Assembly: GCA_963700285.1 (NCBI GenBank)
Contig: CAVOXA010000001.1
Location: 1,760,001 to 1,824,000 of the forward strand
Length of the DNA: 64,000 bases
Direction: 5' to 3'
Source: an uncultured Chloroflexia bacterium
GTDB lineage: Bacteria; Chloroflexota; Anaerolineae; JAAYZQ01
Shown: positions 31,067 through 43,124 of the stretch, piece after piece
Position numbering within the stretch: position 1 is the first letter of the stretch
Layout of the letters: each line of letters begins with the position of its first letter
Program-made: the position numbers and the translations under genes
The notes under the pieces: model-generated
What the model was told of the DNA's origin: nothing
What the model saw: the letters and a program-made list of their open reading frames with translations, nothing else
Database searches by the model: none

Positions 31067-32326
31067 CTAAACCTGGGGCCCCAGAAGGTCGCGATAGATG
31101 GTGATCAGTCTGCGGCCGTTCTCCGACCAGTCGAACCGCTGGCAAGCAAGCTGCCGAGCGGCGTAGCCCAACGCTGCGCGCTGGGACGGATCATCCAGGA
31201 GCTGGCAGACCGCGTCCACAGCCTCCTCTGGCTCTGACGTGTAGAGCTTGCGTACCTGGACGTGGTCCTCCAAGCTCTCGCCAATGCCCTGGGCGTAGGT
31301 CACGACGGCCCGGCCTATACTAAGGTACTCGGGCAGCTTGGCTGGCAGGCGCAGGTTGTTGCCCAAGTCCAGGGGATGCTGGAGCAGGACGTCTGCCAGG
31401 CTCAGAAAGCGCGGAACCTGGGAATAGGGCACCCGCCCCACGAGGCGGTAGTGGTTCTGGAGGCCCATGCCCGTGGCGACCCGTTTCGCCTCGACGCGAA
31501 AACCATCGTCTCCCACAAGCAGCAGCACAGCTTTGGGAAATCTGCCAACCACACCGGCCAGAACCCTCATGAACCAGAAAAAGATCTCGGTGTTCATGGC
31601 CCCCGAGTACACCAGGACCTGGCGATTGTTCAGGCCCAATTCCTCCTGAAGGCCATCGGCGGTCACATGGGGACCGAAAAGCTGCAAATTGGCGCCTGGA
31701 TACAACAGATGGACCGGTACGCCGGGCCACTGGGACTTTGCCCAGGCGGTGAGGTTTGGAGATATGGCGGTATGGGCGCTGGCTGCCCGAGTCACCTGCC
31801 GGTAGGTCACCGGTTCCTTTGCCATTCTCGAGACGGCGCCGTCGCTCCGTACGGGCATCACCCAAGGCCACAGGGCGTCGCGAAGTAAGGCAACAGGCGC
31901 CGCAAAGCGCCGGGCTCCGTGCTGCCACCTTGCCATCGTCGCCTGGCGGAGAGAGCAGACATGATAGTCCTCGTCATCTTCGTGATCCATCACTAGCGGG
32001 ACTCCAGTAGAACGGTGCAGTTGCCAACCAGCGAGGGCCGGCACGTGGCGCGGCGTCCAGATGTGCAGGATTTCCGGCTCGAAAGCCAGTACCTGCTGGC
32101 GTACGCGTCGCGCCAAGAGCGGACCGGTGAAGGCCATCTCTACGATCTCGGCCTCGGGCGGCTCTTCCATCGATATCACGGTTTCGGTGCTGCCGGCGAT
32201 GAGGATTTGGGCCGCGTGCCCCTGGCGGCGGACCTCCTGGGCAAAGTGGTAGAGCTGTTTCATGCCGGCGTAGTGGTGAAAGTCGCCGTAGCCTACGTAG
32301 GTGATGCGCACCGACAGATGTTCCAT
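31067..32326 (-). CDS. Glycosyltransferase family 4
   Basis: GRVPYSQVPRFLSLADV, LPAKLPEYLSIG, FDW. Confidence 0.85.
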   Translation of the reverse strand: MEHLSVRITYVGYGDFHHYAGMKQLYHFAQEVRRQGHAAQILIAGSTETVISMEEPPEAEIVEMAFTGPLLARRVRQQVLAFEPEILHIWTPRHVPALAGWQLHRSTGVPLVMDHEDDEDYHVCSLRQATMARWQHGARRFAAPVALLRDALWPWVMPVRSDGAVSRMAKEPVTYRQVTRAASAHTAISPNLTAWAKSQWPGVPVHLLYPGANLQLFGPHVTADGLQEELGLNNRQVLVYSGAMNTEIFFWFMRVLAGVVGRFPKAVLLLVGDDGFRVEAKRVATGMGLQNHYRLVGRVPYSQVPRFLSLADVLLQHPLDLGNNLRLPAKLPEYLSIGRAVVTYAQGIGESLEDHVQVRKLYTSEPEEAVDAVCQLLDDPSQRAALGYAARQLACQRFDWSENGRRLITIYRDLLGPQV

Positions 32327-32360
32327 ACCCGCTCAGCTCCACATGGAAGCGTTGGCTGGT

Positions 32361-33287
32361 TCATTCATCCCTCCTCACCAACCAGATGCTGCCGCCAGCA
32401 TACCTGTCCTCTGCAACATCGATGGGTAGGAAGGGTAGCAGGTCCTGCACGAGGTCGTTGTGGGCATTCAGTAGATAGTTGAGCCAGAATACGATCTCAA
32501 AGGCTCGGTTGTACTGCAGGAAGGCCCGGAGCAGGTATGCCTCGTTCCAGTAGTATCCCCGCTGGATGAATGGCTCAAAATACTGGAAGGGGTAGCGGAC
32601 GTCGTGAAAGTGGATATGCACCCCAGCTGCCAGCCTCGGCAAGATTTCAAACATGATGGTGTTTACGTCGCTGCCGATCTTGGCGACATGAGATGAGTCG
32701 ACGAACAGGATATCGTTGGCAGACAATGCGTCGAAAAGGGATGGATCGACGTCTTGTACGTGTTCCTCGAGTATCGTCACCCTCGCATAGTCCGTTTCCT
32801 TTACAACGGTTCTCAAGTTGTCGCAGAAGGGGTCGATGAATGTGAACGACGTCTGCCCGCCCAGGTGCAGCTCGTCCGTGTCGAGCATGCACGCCGAGGA
32901 GTGGCCAGAGCCGATTTCGATGACCCGGGCCGGTTCCAGAAGCCGCATCATATAGTGCAGGATGGGCCCATCGTCGTACGAGAAGGTGTCGTTATGGATC
33001 TGATAGCGTACCCTCCGACTTGGGTCCCAGAACGGTACGTCCTCCCAGAAACGGCTGAACGCTCCGCAGGTTGCTGCCTGCCTGTCTAGGTTCAGGTCAA
33101 TGCCCCTCAGTTCGTCCTTCCGATCGAACAGCTTGGAGCGTCTCCTTTCAACGTCCTCAAGGGATGGGATTGGACTGTAATAGTGGCCTGGCGGGTACGG
33201 CGTCTTGAATTTCTCCAGCTCCTCCCGTAGCGTTCTGATGTAGGGCAGTCTGTCCGCATAGTGCTTGAGACGCGACTTTAGGATCAA
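32361..33287 (-). CDS. Class I SAM-dependent methyltransferase-like protein
   Basis: PPGHYYSPIP, VIEIGSGHSS, LFVDSSHV, IHFHD, WNEAYLLRAFL. Confidence 0.82.
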   Translation of the reverse strand: MILKSRLKHYADRLPYIRTLREELEKFKTPYPPGHYYSPIPSLEDVERRRSKLFDRKDELRGIDLNLDRQAATCGAFSRFWEDVPFWDPSRRVRYQIHNDTFSYDDGPILHYMMRLLEPARVIEIGSGHSSACMLDTDELHLGGQTSFTFIDPFCDNLRTVVKETDYARVTILEEHVQDVDPSLFDALSANDILFVDSSHVAKIGSDVNTIMFEILPRLAAGVHIHFHDVRYPFQYFEPFIQRGYYWNEAYLLRAFLQYNRAFEIVFWLNYLLNAHNDLVQDLLPFLPIDVAEDRYAGGSIWLVRRDE

Positions 33288-34267
33288 GATTCACGCCCTT
33301 TCGGCTGATCGCCAGGCAAGGCCTCCGGCCGATGCAACCCCAGGCCTCTTGCGCCTGCCATGAGGTATCCCACGGCTCCACCTGACAGAATAGCAGGTAT
33401 TCTTAGGAACCCCTTCGCTGACGGAGCCTCAAAGCAGGACCGTGCCGCGCCTTTGGGCAGATTCACGAATGCTACTCGGGCAAAGTCTCGCCTGGGACCA
33501 AAGTGGCTCACACACAGATAGGCCAATGACCGGCAGCTGATGAATTGCGATCGGAGGTCAAAACTCTCAGATCGTTGCACTACTCCCGTGGGGCGCGGAG
33601 CTTTGAGATGTGTGGCCATCATGCCGGGCACGTACAGCAGCCTATAGCCAGCCCTGCGAATTCGAAAGCTCAGATCCTGTTCCTCGTAGGTGATCCCGAA
33701 CCAGGGGTCAAACGTTCCAGCTTGTAGTAATGCGCTCCTGCGGAAGGCCATGTTGCAGCCGTACAAGAAATCCACCTCAACCATGGAACCTGCCAAGTTG
33801 TTGAAATTCATCGTCAGCTCGCCACGCGGTGAGAACCTGCCTATATCTTGGGTTTCCACCTCGGGCGCATCGGTTTCCACGACCCTGCCTACCACACCCC
33901 CAACATCTGATTCCAAGAATCCGGCCGCCAGCGCTTGCATCCAGTCCCGGGAAACCAACGTGTCATCGTCGATAAAGGCGAGTAGTTGCCCGGTACTCCG
34001 TGCAATTCCCTGGTTTCTCGTTCGAGCAAGGTTGCCCTTTCGGGCGTCTTCTCGAACGTGTAGTGCAGGGAATTGCCGAACTGCTTCCTGTGTACCTGCT
34101 GAATCGGTGGAATTGTCAACTACAATGACTTCAAAGGGATGGTAGTCCTGGGCAAATAGCCTGCTCAAGCACTCGTTCAATATGCTTGGGCGATCACGGG
34201 TGGCAACAATCACCGATATGCTTGGTGTCGGGGTTTTCCGCCCCTGCCGTTCATTGACTTGAGTCAT
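33284..34267 (-). CDS. Glycosyltransferase family 2
   Basis: SVIVATRDR, VVDNS, RNQG, FIDDD, GCNMAFRR. Confidence 0.88.
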   Translation of the reverse strand: MTQVNERQGRKTPTPSISVIVATRDRPSILNECLSRLFAQDYHPFEVIVVDNSTDSAGTQEAVRQFPALHVREDARKGNLARTRNQGIARSTGQLLAFIDDDTLVSRDWMQALAAGFLESDVGGVVGRVVETDAPEVETQDIGRFSPRGELTMNFNNLAGSMVEVDFLYGCNMAFRRSALLQAGTFDPWFGITYEEQDLSFRIRRAGYRLLYVPGMMATHLKAPRPTGVVQRSESFDLRSQFISCRSLAYLCVSHFGPRRDFARVAFVNLPKGAARSCFEAPSAKGFLRIPAILSGGAVGYLMAGARGLGLHRPEALPGDQPKGRES

Positions 34268-35529
34268 GGTCCTCCTGCGCGCCTGGAACAATCCGTTCGT
34301 ATACGGCCAGGTATTGGGGCACAATGATGTCTGGTGTGTAGCAGCGCAGATACCGTTCCCTCGCCGCCGCGGCCATGCGGCGATAGAGCTCGCTGTCTGA
34401 GGCCAGTTCCAGGATGGCGTCGGCCATCCTCTGGGGCGATCTCGGAGGAACCAACAGGCCGGATACGCCGTCCACCACGACCTCCGGCACGCCGCCGACG
34501 GCTGTCGCTACAGCCGGTTTCCCATAGGCCATGCCCTCCACCAATACTACACCAAAACCCTCATAGATCGACGATAGAACCACCAGATCCACGGCAGCCA
34601 TGACCTCGGCGAGTTGGACCCTGGCAAACGCGCCCGCAAAGATGACATTCTGGCCCAGCCCCAGAGACTCGGCTCTGCCCTCTAATTCACCAAGCTGAGG
34701 TCCATCGCCGTAGATCAGAAACTGAAGGCAGGGATTCTGCTCAACGGCCGCTCTTGCCGCCAGCAGTAGGGTGTTGATGTCCTTCTGCGGTACTAAGCGA
34801 GCGATGCATCCCACTGTAAAGGCTGTGTCCTGACGTTTAGCCTCAAGCTCGGAGTCGGCAGGGCCGTACACCATGTTGGCAATGATGTGTATGCGCGAGT
34901 CAGGCATGCAGTACGGTCGGATCGATGCCGCGGAGGCACCTGATACTGCTGTGACGGCGTCAAGAGCCGGCATCGCACGCGCGAGCCCTTCATAATAGAG
35001 CTGGGTGTGGTCCACCGGCACCACATCCTCTGTGTAGACTGTTCGGTAGCCAAGGCGCTTGCCCCGGATGATCCACAGCCAGGCGTCTGGCTTCCGAAAG
35101 TGAACGAGGACTGCCCGGTCCACGAGACGGCCCTGCACCAAGTGCCAGGAAGAAAATGGCGTCAAGTCCGGCGTATCCCAGGCGCCGTAGTCCTCCCCAT
35201 ACACTCCTCTTGCTGGCCTGCATAGTCTTGTGGCGCAGGAGCGCATCCAGGAGTACAAAAGGGAGGGCAAGCCAGAGAAGTGCCGTGAAGCCCTGTCGAG
35301 CCGCCTGGTGTAGCTGGTGGCTGACGGCCCAAAGGGCCACCTTGCTCTCGCGCAAGAAGCTTGCATAGGCGTGACCGGCGGCCAGTGGATTGCGCACCAG
35401 GAGGATCGGACGTACCCCGTATCGGCATAGTTCCAGGGCCAAGTTTGTCATCTGGTCGGCCACGCCACCGTGGTCCTCCAGGCTCATCGTTGCCAGCAGC
35501 ACTGTGCGTTCTCTATGTGTCATGCCCAT
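34251..35529 (-). CDS. Glycosyltransferase family 4, frameshifted
   Basis: GGVADQM (N-terminus); ARLVPQKD, SIYEGFGVVLVEGMAYG, VGGVPEVV. Confidence 0.82.
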
Positions 35530-35539
35530 GTTTGGTGGC

Positions 35540-36738
35540 TCATGGCTCGCCCAGGCGCAACCTCAGCGCAAGCTTGAGCAGGCCCCGGTTGCGGATCTGG
35601 TGAGGGTTTCTGGCCATTGCCAGTAGCGCCTCTCGCTGTGCCCGCTTTCGCTGCCCAATTGTGGCGTAGTGAAAGGCAGCAATAGCGCGTACTTGGGCCA
35701 GCATGACTGGCTGCAGGCCTGCCAGATTGGCCAGTGTCTGCGGTAGGGCAACGAAGACACTACGCACGAGCGCCTCTGCGCCGAGGACGTCGGCGTCATG
35801 ATTATGCATGTAGGTCGAGATTCGATCCTGAAGAAGTTCGTCGAATCCCCCATTGGTAGCATCACTGTCCAGGGCTACTGCCCGATCAAGATGATAAGCT
35901 ACGATGCTCAACTCGCTGCTAAGGGCAGTACCAAAGGCTGCGAATAGGTGTCCCCTGGCCCAGGCTTCATCGGAGACAGTAGGATCCACATCGACAGGTG
36001 CACGCGGCCGCTGCAATGCCCGTATTGTGGAATTGACCACGAGGTCTGATTGCTGCCGAGCGTTGCTTGCACTGACCGATCCTTGGTGTGCCCGCACTCT
36101 GTACAGTACCTCAGGCGCATTGGCGCCATGCCACCTTTCTAGCATGCGCAGCCACAGATCCCGATCCTCTGCAGGGAACCATTCCTGCCTGTACCCGCCA
36201 ACCTCCTCTATCGCTTCACGGCGCATCAGTGCCGCGGCATGGCAGAAACAGTGCGTTTTGCAGTACAGATCGCGGCGGAGTCGGCATCACTTGAAGGAAG
36301 CAGTATGGAGCGTGAACTTGCTGGTGCGGTGCCAAACTCCTCGTAGCCACACGTCACAACGCCCAGGCGCCGATCGCTGTCCAACAATTCAAGCTCCAGC
36401 GCTAGCCTGGTGGGCATGCTCATATCATCTGCGTCCATACGTGCAATGGTGTCGCCCCTTGCGTGAGCGAGTCCTCGGTATAGCGTTGCTACAAGGCCCA
36501 AGTTCTGTCGATTTCGCAATACTACAAGACGTGGATCGGAATAGGCTCGGACAGCTTCAAGCGTGTTGTCTGTGCTGCAGTCGTCGATTACGATCAGTTC
36601 AAAGTTCCCAAAAGTCTGGGACAGGATGCTTTCGATCGCCTGGCCCACAAAGGCCCCGGCGTTGTAGGCGGGCAGGATAATGCTTACCCTCGGCTTTGAC
36701 TCGTTTACCAACATGTGGGCTCCATACCTACTAGCCAC
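35540..36738 (-). CDS. Glycosyltransferase family 2, frameshifted near 36230
   Basis: VSIILPAYNA, IDDCSTD, ARMDADD, AEDRDLWLR. Confidence 0.82.
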
Positions 36739-36747
36739 TGGAACCGA

Positions 36748-38251
36748 CTAGCGCCTTGACCGCAGCTTCCACGCCACCACTAGGCTCACAAGGGCCGCCG
36801 CCGGCAGGATTCCAACGAAGAGCGGATTGAACAGGCTTGTTTGCTGATCACCAGCACCGGGCGCATCCAATGCCTGGACTCCTGTCAGCGTCGCTGGCGT
36901 GGCCGTGTACCGAACAGGGACCCTAGTCAGTGCGGGTGCCGGCAGCACATCCGTGACTTTGGCCTTTGGCGCGTCCGTTGGCCTGGGTTCTGGTGGCACC
37001 GCCGGGGCATCCAGCGAGCAGAGCACATAGTAGATGTGATTCTCGATAAAGTCGTGCCACACCACCACCAGTCGATTGCCCCCGACTATCGCAGCCTCGG
37101 GGTATTCGCTGGCTAGCAAATCCTCAGAGAGAACTGCAGGCGGGGACCAGGCGCCATCGGGGTGTCTCTGGCTGTAGTGAATCTTTGCTTCCCCTACGAT
37201 GTTCCCGCTCATGACGATGTACTCAGAGCCGGCCGAATCAACAACGAGATCCATCGGGCCATTCAGCCCCTCGAGGTTCTCAAATAGCAATTGAGGCTCT
37301 CCCCAGGTCAGCCCGCCGTCGGCTGAGAGTCTGTAGTACTTGCTGTCAGCGAATCCCACGCCTCGAATCCATGTCATGTATAGCCGTTCCTGATCAGCAC
37401 CATTGGACAGGTTGGGGTAGGCCAGCCCGGCCTCCATGAAAGACCTCCTCCGGCTGATTCCAGGTTTCTCCACCGTCTGCCGACCGTGAATACCAAATGC
37501 CTTGAGGCAACCAATCGCTCTCCCTCGTATGTTGTGACCAAACTGCCTGGACCGCTCCCCTACCATCTGCATACACCTGGACAGAGGCATTCGACACCAA
37601 AGCCGGATCGACGGATGCGAAATCAGCAGGTCGCGACCAGTCGTCTCCTCTATTGTCCGACCAAACGTAGCCAATGTGACCGACGCTCTGCATCGGATCC
37701 TGTACAGCATAGACTAGATGCAGGCGGCCCTGCTGATCGACACTCAGGTCTGAGCTCTGAGCAGCTCCCACATAGGGCTCAGCGGTAACCCAGACCTGCG
37801 GGGATCCGGCGAGGGCCATTGGCGCGCGGCTCACGCGGACGCCGTCCTTCAAGCCTTCCCTAAAACGCCAGGAGACAAACAGAAAACCATCGTCGGTGAT
37901 GGACAGACTGTCCGCTGCTGCGTAGTCGCTGGCTGTAAGAACATCGACGGGCTCTGCCCAGTGTCCTTCTTCAAAGACCGAGTAGTAGATGGTGTCTGTC
38001 TCTTGTAGTACTTCATCCCGACCCTCAGCCACCCCACTGCTCCAGATAAGGTGCACACGTCCTTGTCGATCGGCCGCCAAGTGTCCATGCAATGAAAAGG
38101 GCGCTTGGCTGCTGACAATCGCTGCAGGATCAGTACAAGCGATGGGTACCTCTGCTGAAACAGGTGACACGCTCGCCATCATCAGCAGGGAGAAGCCTAG
38201 GAGGGTATACACATTCTTCAAGACAAGCTTCACTATGCGTACTCCTGGCAT
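36748..38251 (-). CDS. Secreted BNR/Asp-box (sialidase-like propeller) protein with C-terminal TM anchor, frameshifted near 37420
   Basis: Signal peptide; WSDNRGDDW, RSADGGETW and LSADGGLTW Asp-boxes; C-terminal LFVGILPAAALVSLVVAWKLRSRR. Confidence 0.75.
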
Positions 38252-39412
38252 CTCGCCGCCAAACCATCAGCAAGTATCTGCAGTGTTGTCTCATGCAGAA
38301 TACGAGGGTTGAAGACTACCTCAATTCGATGAAAAAGCTGCTCAGCAAGCTGTACCCTCAGTTTTTCGTCCGTTGCCAGTCTCATGATTATGGCACTGAG
38401 TGCCTCATCATCCCCAGGAGGTGCAAGAAAAGGGTATCCTGCGGGCCCCACGGCCTCGCGGATTCCTGGGATTTCGGTTCCTGCGACAGGCAGGCTGGCT
38501 GCCATGCACTCCAGCACGCCGTTTGGACAGCCTTCATACTTTGAACTGAACACCCCCAGGTCAACTGCCTGGAGAAGCCCTGATACATCCTGAACACCGC
38601 CAAGGAAACGTACGCTTCTGCCAAGTTCCAGATCGTATGCCAGCGCCTTGAGGGTGTGCTCGGTGTCGCCAGGTCTTCCTGCTAGGAGCAACATGGCTTG
38701 GCGCTGGCTTTCGTCAAACGCTTGAGCTACTGTCTGCCAGGCTCTCAGCAGGGTAGCATGGTCCTTGCAGCTGTGCAGGTTTGCCACCATGCAAGCCACA
38801 AAGCAGTCTTCCTCCGCCCCAATTCGCTCCCGCCAGGTGGCCCGATCCACAAGGGGCGGGTCCAGTTCCACCCCGTTGTGGACTATGTTGATACGCTGAG
38901 GCGCTACCTGAAACTTTGCCGTCAGGAACTCGGCACCGTGCCGGGAATTCGAAACAAAGCAGGGGGTCTGACGAACTGCCAGCTTTTCAAGCCTGCTCCC
39001 CGTGAGAAAGCGGCCCTCGTCACGCTGATTCCACACAAAGAGCCTGGCACCCGTGAGTTGCCACACGAGTCCACAAGCCACATTTGGCAGTCTTGTATAG
39101 GCGGGCTTGCATCCGGATGGGCTTGCCTGAGCAGTCTGGCCAGCCTGGTGAGGCTTTGCGTCTGCGGCCAGCGCGGTTGGCAGGCCACTGGAGGGAGCAA
39201 ACCCTCCAAGGTATTCCGTACTCGTCGCAGAGCTCAGACGCCCTTCCTGCTTCTCGCAACCCCCATATCTCGACGCGGGCACCGGCCTGCTCGATGAGAC
39301 CGCGGGCCAAGACCACTGCTTGCCGTTCCGCCCCGCCAAGGTGAAGGCTTTCCAGCACCATGGTAATCCTTTTCCCACGGAGTTCGGTTGATCTAGGGGC
39401 TAGTTCTCTCAT
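38233..39412 (-). CDS. Glycosyltransferase family 4, frameshifted
   Basis: LHLGGAERQ, VHNGV, SKYEGCPNGVLECMAA. Confidence 0.82.
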
Positions 39413-39418
39413 GGCTGG

Positions 39419-40960
39419 CTACCAACACTTCTGGTCATGGTACGACAGGCCTTGCCTGGTTGAGGGTGCGGTTCCAAGCACGCTGGGATTTCCCATAGCC
39501 GCGGGCCAAGAGATCAGCTGCAATATCCCGCCATGCAGTTGGGTTGCGACAGGGCTGTAACTCAAAGTGCCGCCGCGCCAACTCGATGGAACTGAGCTTG
39601 ACCACCGTCTCGGCAATCCAGTAGCTATCCTCGTCTTCGCACAAGTAGGCTTCCCACAACCGGTCAATGGCTGGGCCGAAGAATAGGCCTAGTTTGCGCA
39701 GGCCGCTGAGAAAAGGAGAGTCTCAAGGCGAGGTCGAAGATCCTTGTGAAGCCAGTTCGACCACTGCGTGGTAGTCGCGGCGTAGTTCTGAGTCCGTTTC
39801 CATCGTTCCGTCGGGTGCAATGCCAGTACGTGCCCAGGGCAGACTGCATAGCCTAGGATCGAGGTCCTTGAGGACTCTCCAGTAGATATCGTCTGTCCTA
39901 CAATCCGGCGCGAGGGCCCACATGAAGGAAACCAGCTTCTCACTGGTAAACGCCTGGTGCAGATCGCAGAACCTTCTGACATAGTCCATAGCGTGGCACA
40001 ACATGCGCCTCATGTAGTTTTCCTGCATGTCCAGTTCACAGAGTACCCAGGTGGCGGACGAAGTTTCCTGTCTCCAGGCAGTTGCACCGATCGTACCGCC
40101 AAACTGAGTGATGGACCAACCAGTGCTGGATGCAGGAGCTTCCACCTGTTTTCCAATCGAGCCAGCGGCGGCTCTGTTAGATGCACGCCGCTGCTGCTCG
40201 GCCGCGCCCTGTTGTCGCCAAAGCTTGCCGCAATGACCAGGTCGATTTCGTCGAAGCGAGCTCAGGTATTCCATGCCGTGAAGGTGTATGCCAGCCACTT
40301 CCGCCCCTCCCCAGATTGCCCCGCGCTGAATGTTCGACCACACCAACTCGCAATCGTCGGGGATGTGTACAAAGTCCCAATCATACCGTGGAGCTTATCC
40401 GCCGGGCGTATACGACATCTCTGCTCTGATCCTGACCCCATGTCGCGCATCTGATGCGACCTGGGAGATGCGGTTCGAGCCTCTTCAGGATCCCTGCCAC
40501 AATGCGGCTATCCAGGCCACCGGAAAGTAGTAGTACGATCTGGTCGCGATCTTGGGCGACGTCGTGCAGTTCCTCTGACAGATACTCGCGAAAGGCCACC
40601 GCCGCCTCTTCGGCTTTGACGAACCGTGTCCCATGGCGGATGGGGGGATGACGTTCCAGCGTGCCTTCACCGGTCAAAGTGGCGTGCCAGGGCATCCGCT
40701 GAATCGATTTCACCAGTGTACGACTGCCCAGCATGTAGTTAAATTGGATGACTTCTTCAGGACCCTTGCGGATCAACTACACGCTCTTCCGCAGGAAGGG
40801 CCAGGATGATCTCTTCGGCCGTATCTGCCACCAGTACCTCGTCATCCAAGACAGTCCAATAGGGACAGAATCCACCAAATCGAGAAGTCTGTACGGTTTC
40901 AGCCTTTTCCAGCTTACGCAGCACTTGGAAGCCTCCGCTCATCTTCTCTGCGTTGAGCAT
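39419..40960 (-). CDS. Asparagine-synthetase-like amidotransferase, multiply frameshifted
   Basis: LLLSGGLDSRIVAGIL PP-loop; YMLGSRTLV; TWG..SRDVVYA. Confidence 0.65.
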
Positions 40961-41774
40961 CGTCTGACTGGTATGGCAGCTCGCACACTGCGATTAGTGG
41001 CGTCCCCTGATCAGTTATGGACATGGGGACGATCCGCGGAGTATATACGTCTGGCATGCAGTACAATCTTACGCTGCCATAAAAGGCCCTCAACACCCAG
41101 AAGAACTCTCCTGCTGTCCATTCGCGCACATGCAGTCTGTAGATCGGAGGACTGGCGTGGGAGGATAGCTCATCACGGTTCTTATTGGGTGTGGTGAGGA
41201 TGGCTTTGGGCGCCAGATTGACACAAGTCTTCAAGAATGCACGATAGTCGGCAACATGCTCTATCACGTCCACAGCCACTACTGCGTCAAACGGGCCATC
41301 CTCAGGTACCGGGTAACGGTCAATGTAGTGGATGCCGGGCCGAGTTCGATGCTCCCGTGCCCAGTTGAGTGCCTCATTGTCAAGTTCTGAGCAGACTACG
41401 AAACGCTCTGGGTCAACGGTAGCCTCGAAGGCAAAACAGCCCGTTCCGCCGCCCAACTCAACGATGCGCTTTGCGGAGTCCAACAGGGTGACCACAGCCA
41501 TGTTGAGGGCAACGATGTTTGGCCATTCTAGGGGGCCGCCCGCTGCTACCCTAGCCTGTTTCTCAGCCCAATTCACTGAGCCTGCCTCAGGATTCTCCTT
41601 GTACGCTACACCCAAGGCTTCAGTGGTACGTATATGTGTCGAGATCTGGCTTTCTGCCACACGGCGAAGCTCAAAGCCGAACCTGGCCAGTAGCGTGTTA
41701 GCGAGTCCCTTCAAGGAGCGAAGCAGAAAGGACTGGTAGCGCCGTGCGCCATGATCAGGTATCATTGACATCAA
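40914..41774 (-). CDS. Class I SAM-dependent methyltransferase
   Basis: IVELGGGTG, FDAVVAVDVIEHV, TTPN, HVREWT. Confidence 0.82.
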   Translation of the reverse strand: MMSMIPDHGARRYQSFLLRSLKGLANTLLARFGFELRRVAESQISTHIRTTEALGVAYKENPEAGSVNWAEKQARVAAGGPLEWPNIVALNMAVVTLLDSAKRIVELGGGTGCFAFEATVDPERFVVCSELDNEALNWAREHRTRPGIHYIDRYPVPEDGPFDAVVAVDVIEHVADYRAFLKTCVNLAPKAILTTPNKNRDELSSHASPPIYRLHVREWTAGEFFWVLRAFYGSVRLYCMPDVYTPRIVPMSITDQGTPLIAVCELPYQSDDAQRREDERRLPSAA

Positions 41775-43032
41775 TCACAGTCCATTGTGCAGGTACCCGT
41801 ACCAATCCCTGGCTTCTTACGATGCCCGCCGTAGTACTGTCTACAGTAAACCTTAGACAGTTACCCGCGCGGTCATGCAGTGTGTTGAGCGAATCGCCTA
41901 GCCATATGGTGACATAGTACGCGCCATCATTCAGAATACTCAGGGCAGGCTGCACCTGTATCCGTGTCTCTCTGCTGGGAAGAACCACAGCAGCCTTGTC
42001 GTCCGTGTTATTGAGATGCAGCACGACATTGCCAAGAGAATCGCGGATTGACACGCCCATGATGCAGGCTGTGCCTGCTTCTTGCAAGACCTCCATGTCG
42101 AAGGTAATCTGCTCCCCGTGGCTGAACTCCGATTTGGGTTGCCCGCTGCTATTGCGAGCCGCCAGGTAGGTCACCCGCATCGGACCAGATCCTAGCCTAT
42201 CTACAGCCCAATCACGCAGATCAACTTCACCCTTCGATGAGCCGTAGTCGAGGTAGGCTCGCACTACCTCGCTGCTATACCCATCTGCGGACAGTTTTCC
42301 CTCAGTCAGGCATAGGGTGCGCCGGCACAGATCGATGATGGCGCCCATGTTATGGCTCACAAACAGCACCGTCCGGCCTTCCCGGCCACCTCTCCCATCT
42401 TGCCCAGGCACTTCTTCTGAAACGCCGCATCCCCCACCGCCAGCACCTCGTCCACCAGCAGGATCTCCGGCTCCAGGTGGGCGGCCACGGCAAAGGCCAG
42501 GCGCACGTTCATCCCGCGAGGAGTAGCGCTTGACCGGCGTGTCGATGAACTTCTCCACCCCGGAAAAGTCCACGATCTCGTCGAACTTGCGGTCGATCTC
42601 GGCCCTGCTCATGCCCAGGATGGCGCCGTTCAGGTAGATGTTCTCCCGCCCCGTCAGCTCCGGGTGAAAGCCGGTACCCACCTCCAGCAGCGAGCCCACC
42701 CGGCCGTGGATCTCGGCCCGGCCCTCGGTCGGCTCGGTGATGCGCGACAGGATCTTGAGCAGCGTGATCTTGCCCGCGCCGTTGCGGCCGATGATGCCCA
42801 CCACCTCGCCGCGCTTGACCTCGAAGGAGACGTCCTTCAGGGCCCAGAACTGGTCGTCGTTCGCCGCCGGGTGCTGCCAGCGGACGGCGGACGGCGGACG
42901 ACAGACGACAGCCGTTGCGCGAGCCGTGCAGGCGGCAGCAAAGGCATCGCGCAGCGTGTCATGTTGCTGCTGCGCCTTGCCGATGCGGTAGCGCTTGCCC
43001 AGGTTTTCTACGCGAATTGCTATGTCATTCAT
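41755..43032 (-). CDS. wzt: Polysaccharide ABC transporter ATPase with Wzt C-terminal domain (compensating frameshifts at about 42390-42520)
   Basis: [50 protein letters not shown]. Confidence 0.92.
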   Translation of the reverse strand: MNDIAIRVENLGKRYRIGKAQQQHDTLRDAFAAACTARATAVVCRPPSAVRWQHPAANDDQFWALKDVSFEVKRGEVVGIIGRNGAGKITLLKILSRITEPTEGRAEIHGRVGSLLEVGTGFHPELTGRENIYLNGAILGMSRAEIDRKFDEIVDFSGVEKFIDTPVKRYSSRDERAPGLCRGRPPGAGDPAGGRGAGGGGCGVSEEVPGQDGRGGREGRTVLFVSHNMGAIIDLCRRTLCLTEGKLSADGYSSEVVRAYLDYGSSKGEVDLRDWAVDRLGSGPMRVTYLAARNSSGQPKSEFSHGEQITFDMEVLQEAGTACIMGVSIRDSLGNVVLHLNNTDDKAAVVLPSRETRIQVQPALSILNDGAYYVTIWLGDSLNTLHDRAGNCLRFTVDSTTAGIVRSQGLVRVPAQWTVIDVNDT

Positions 43033-43043
43033 GAACAAGTTTT

Positions 43044-43117
43044 GCCACGAATTTCACGAATTGAACGAATTTTGGTACCGTGTTTTGATAATTCGTGCAA
43101 TTCGTGTAATTCGTGGC
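43044..43117. repeat. Palindrome built from 3+3 copies of a 9-nt CACGAATTN unit (downstream of the GxxExxY gene)
   Basis: GCCACGAATTTCACGAATTGAACGAATT - 18 nt - AATTCGTGCAATTCGTGTAATTCGTGGC; arms match at 26/28. Confidence 0.9.
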
Positions 43118-43124
43118 TGGCCTC

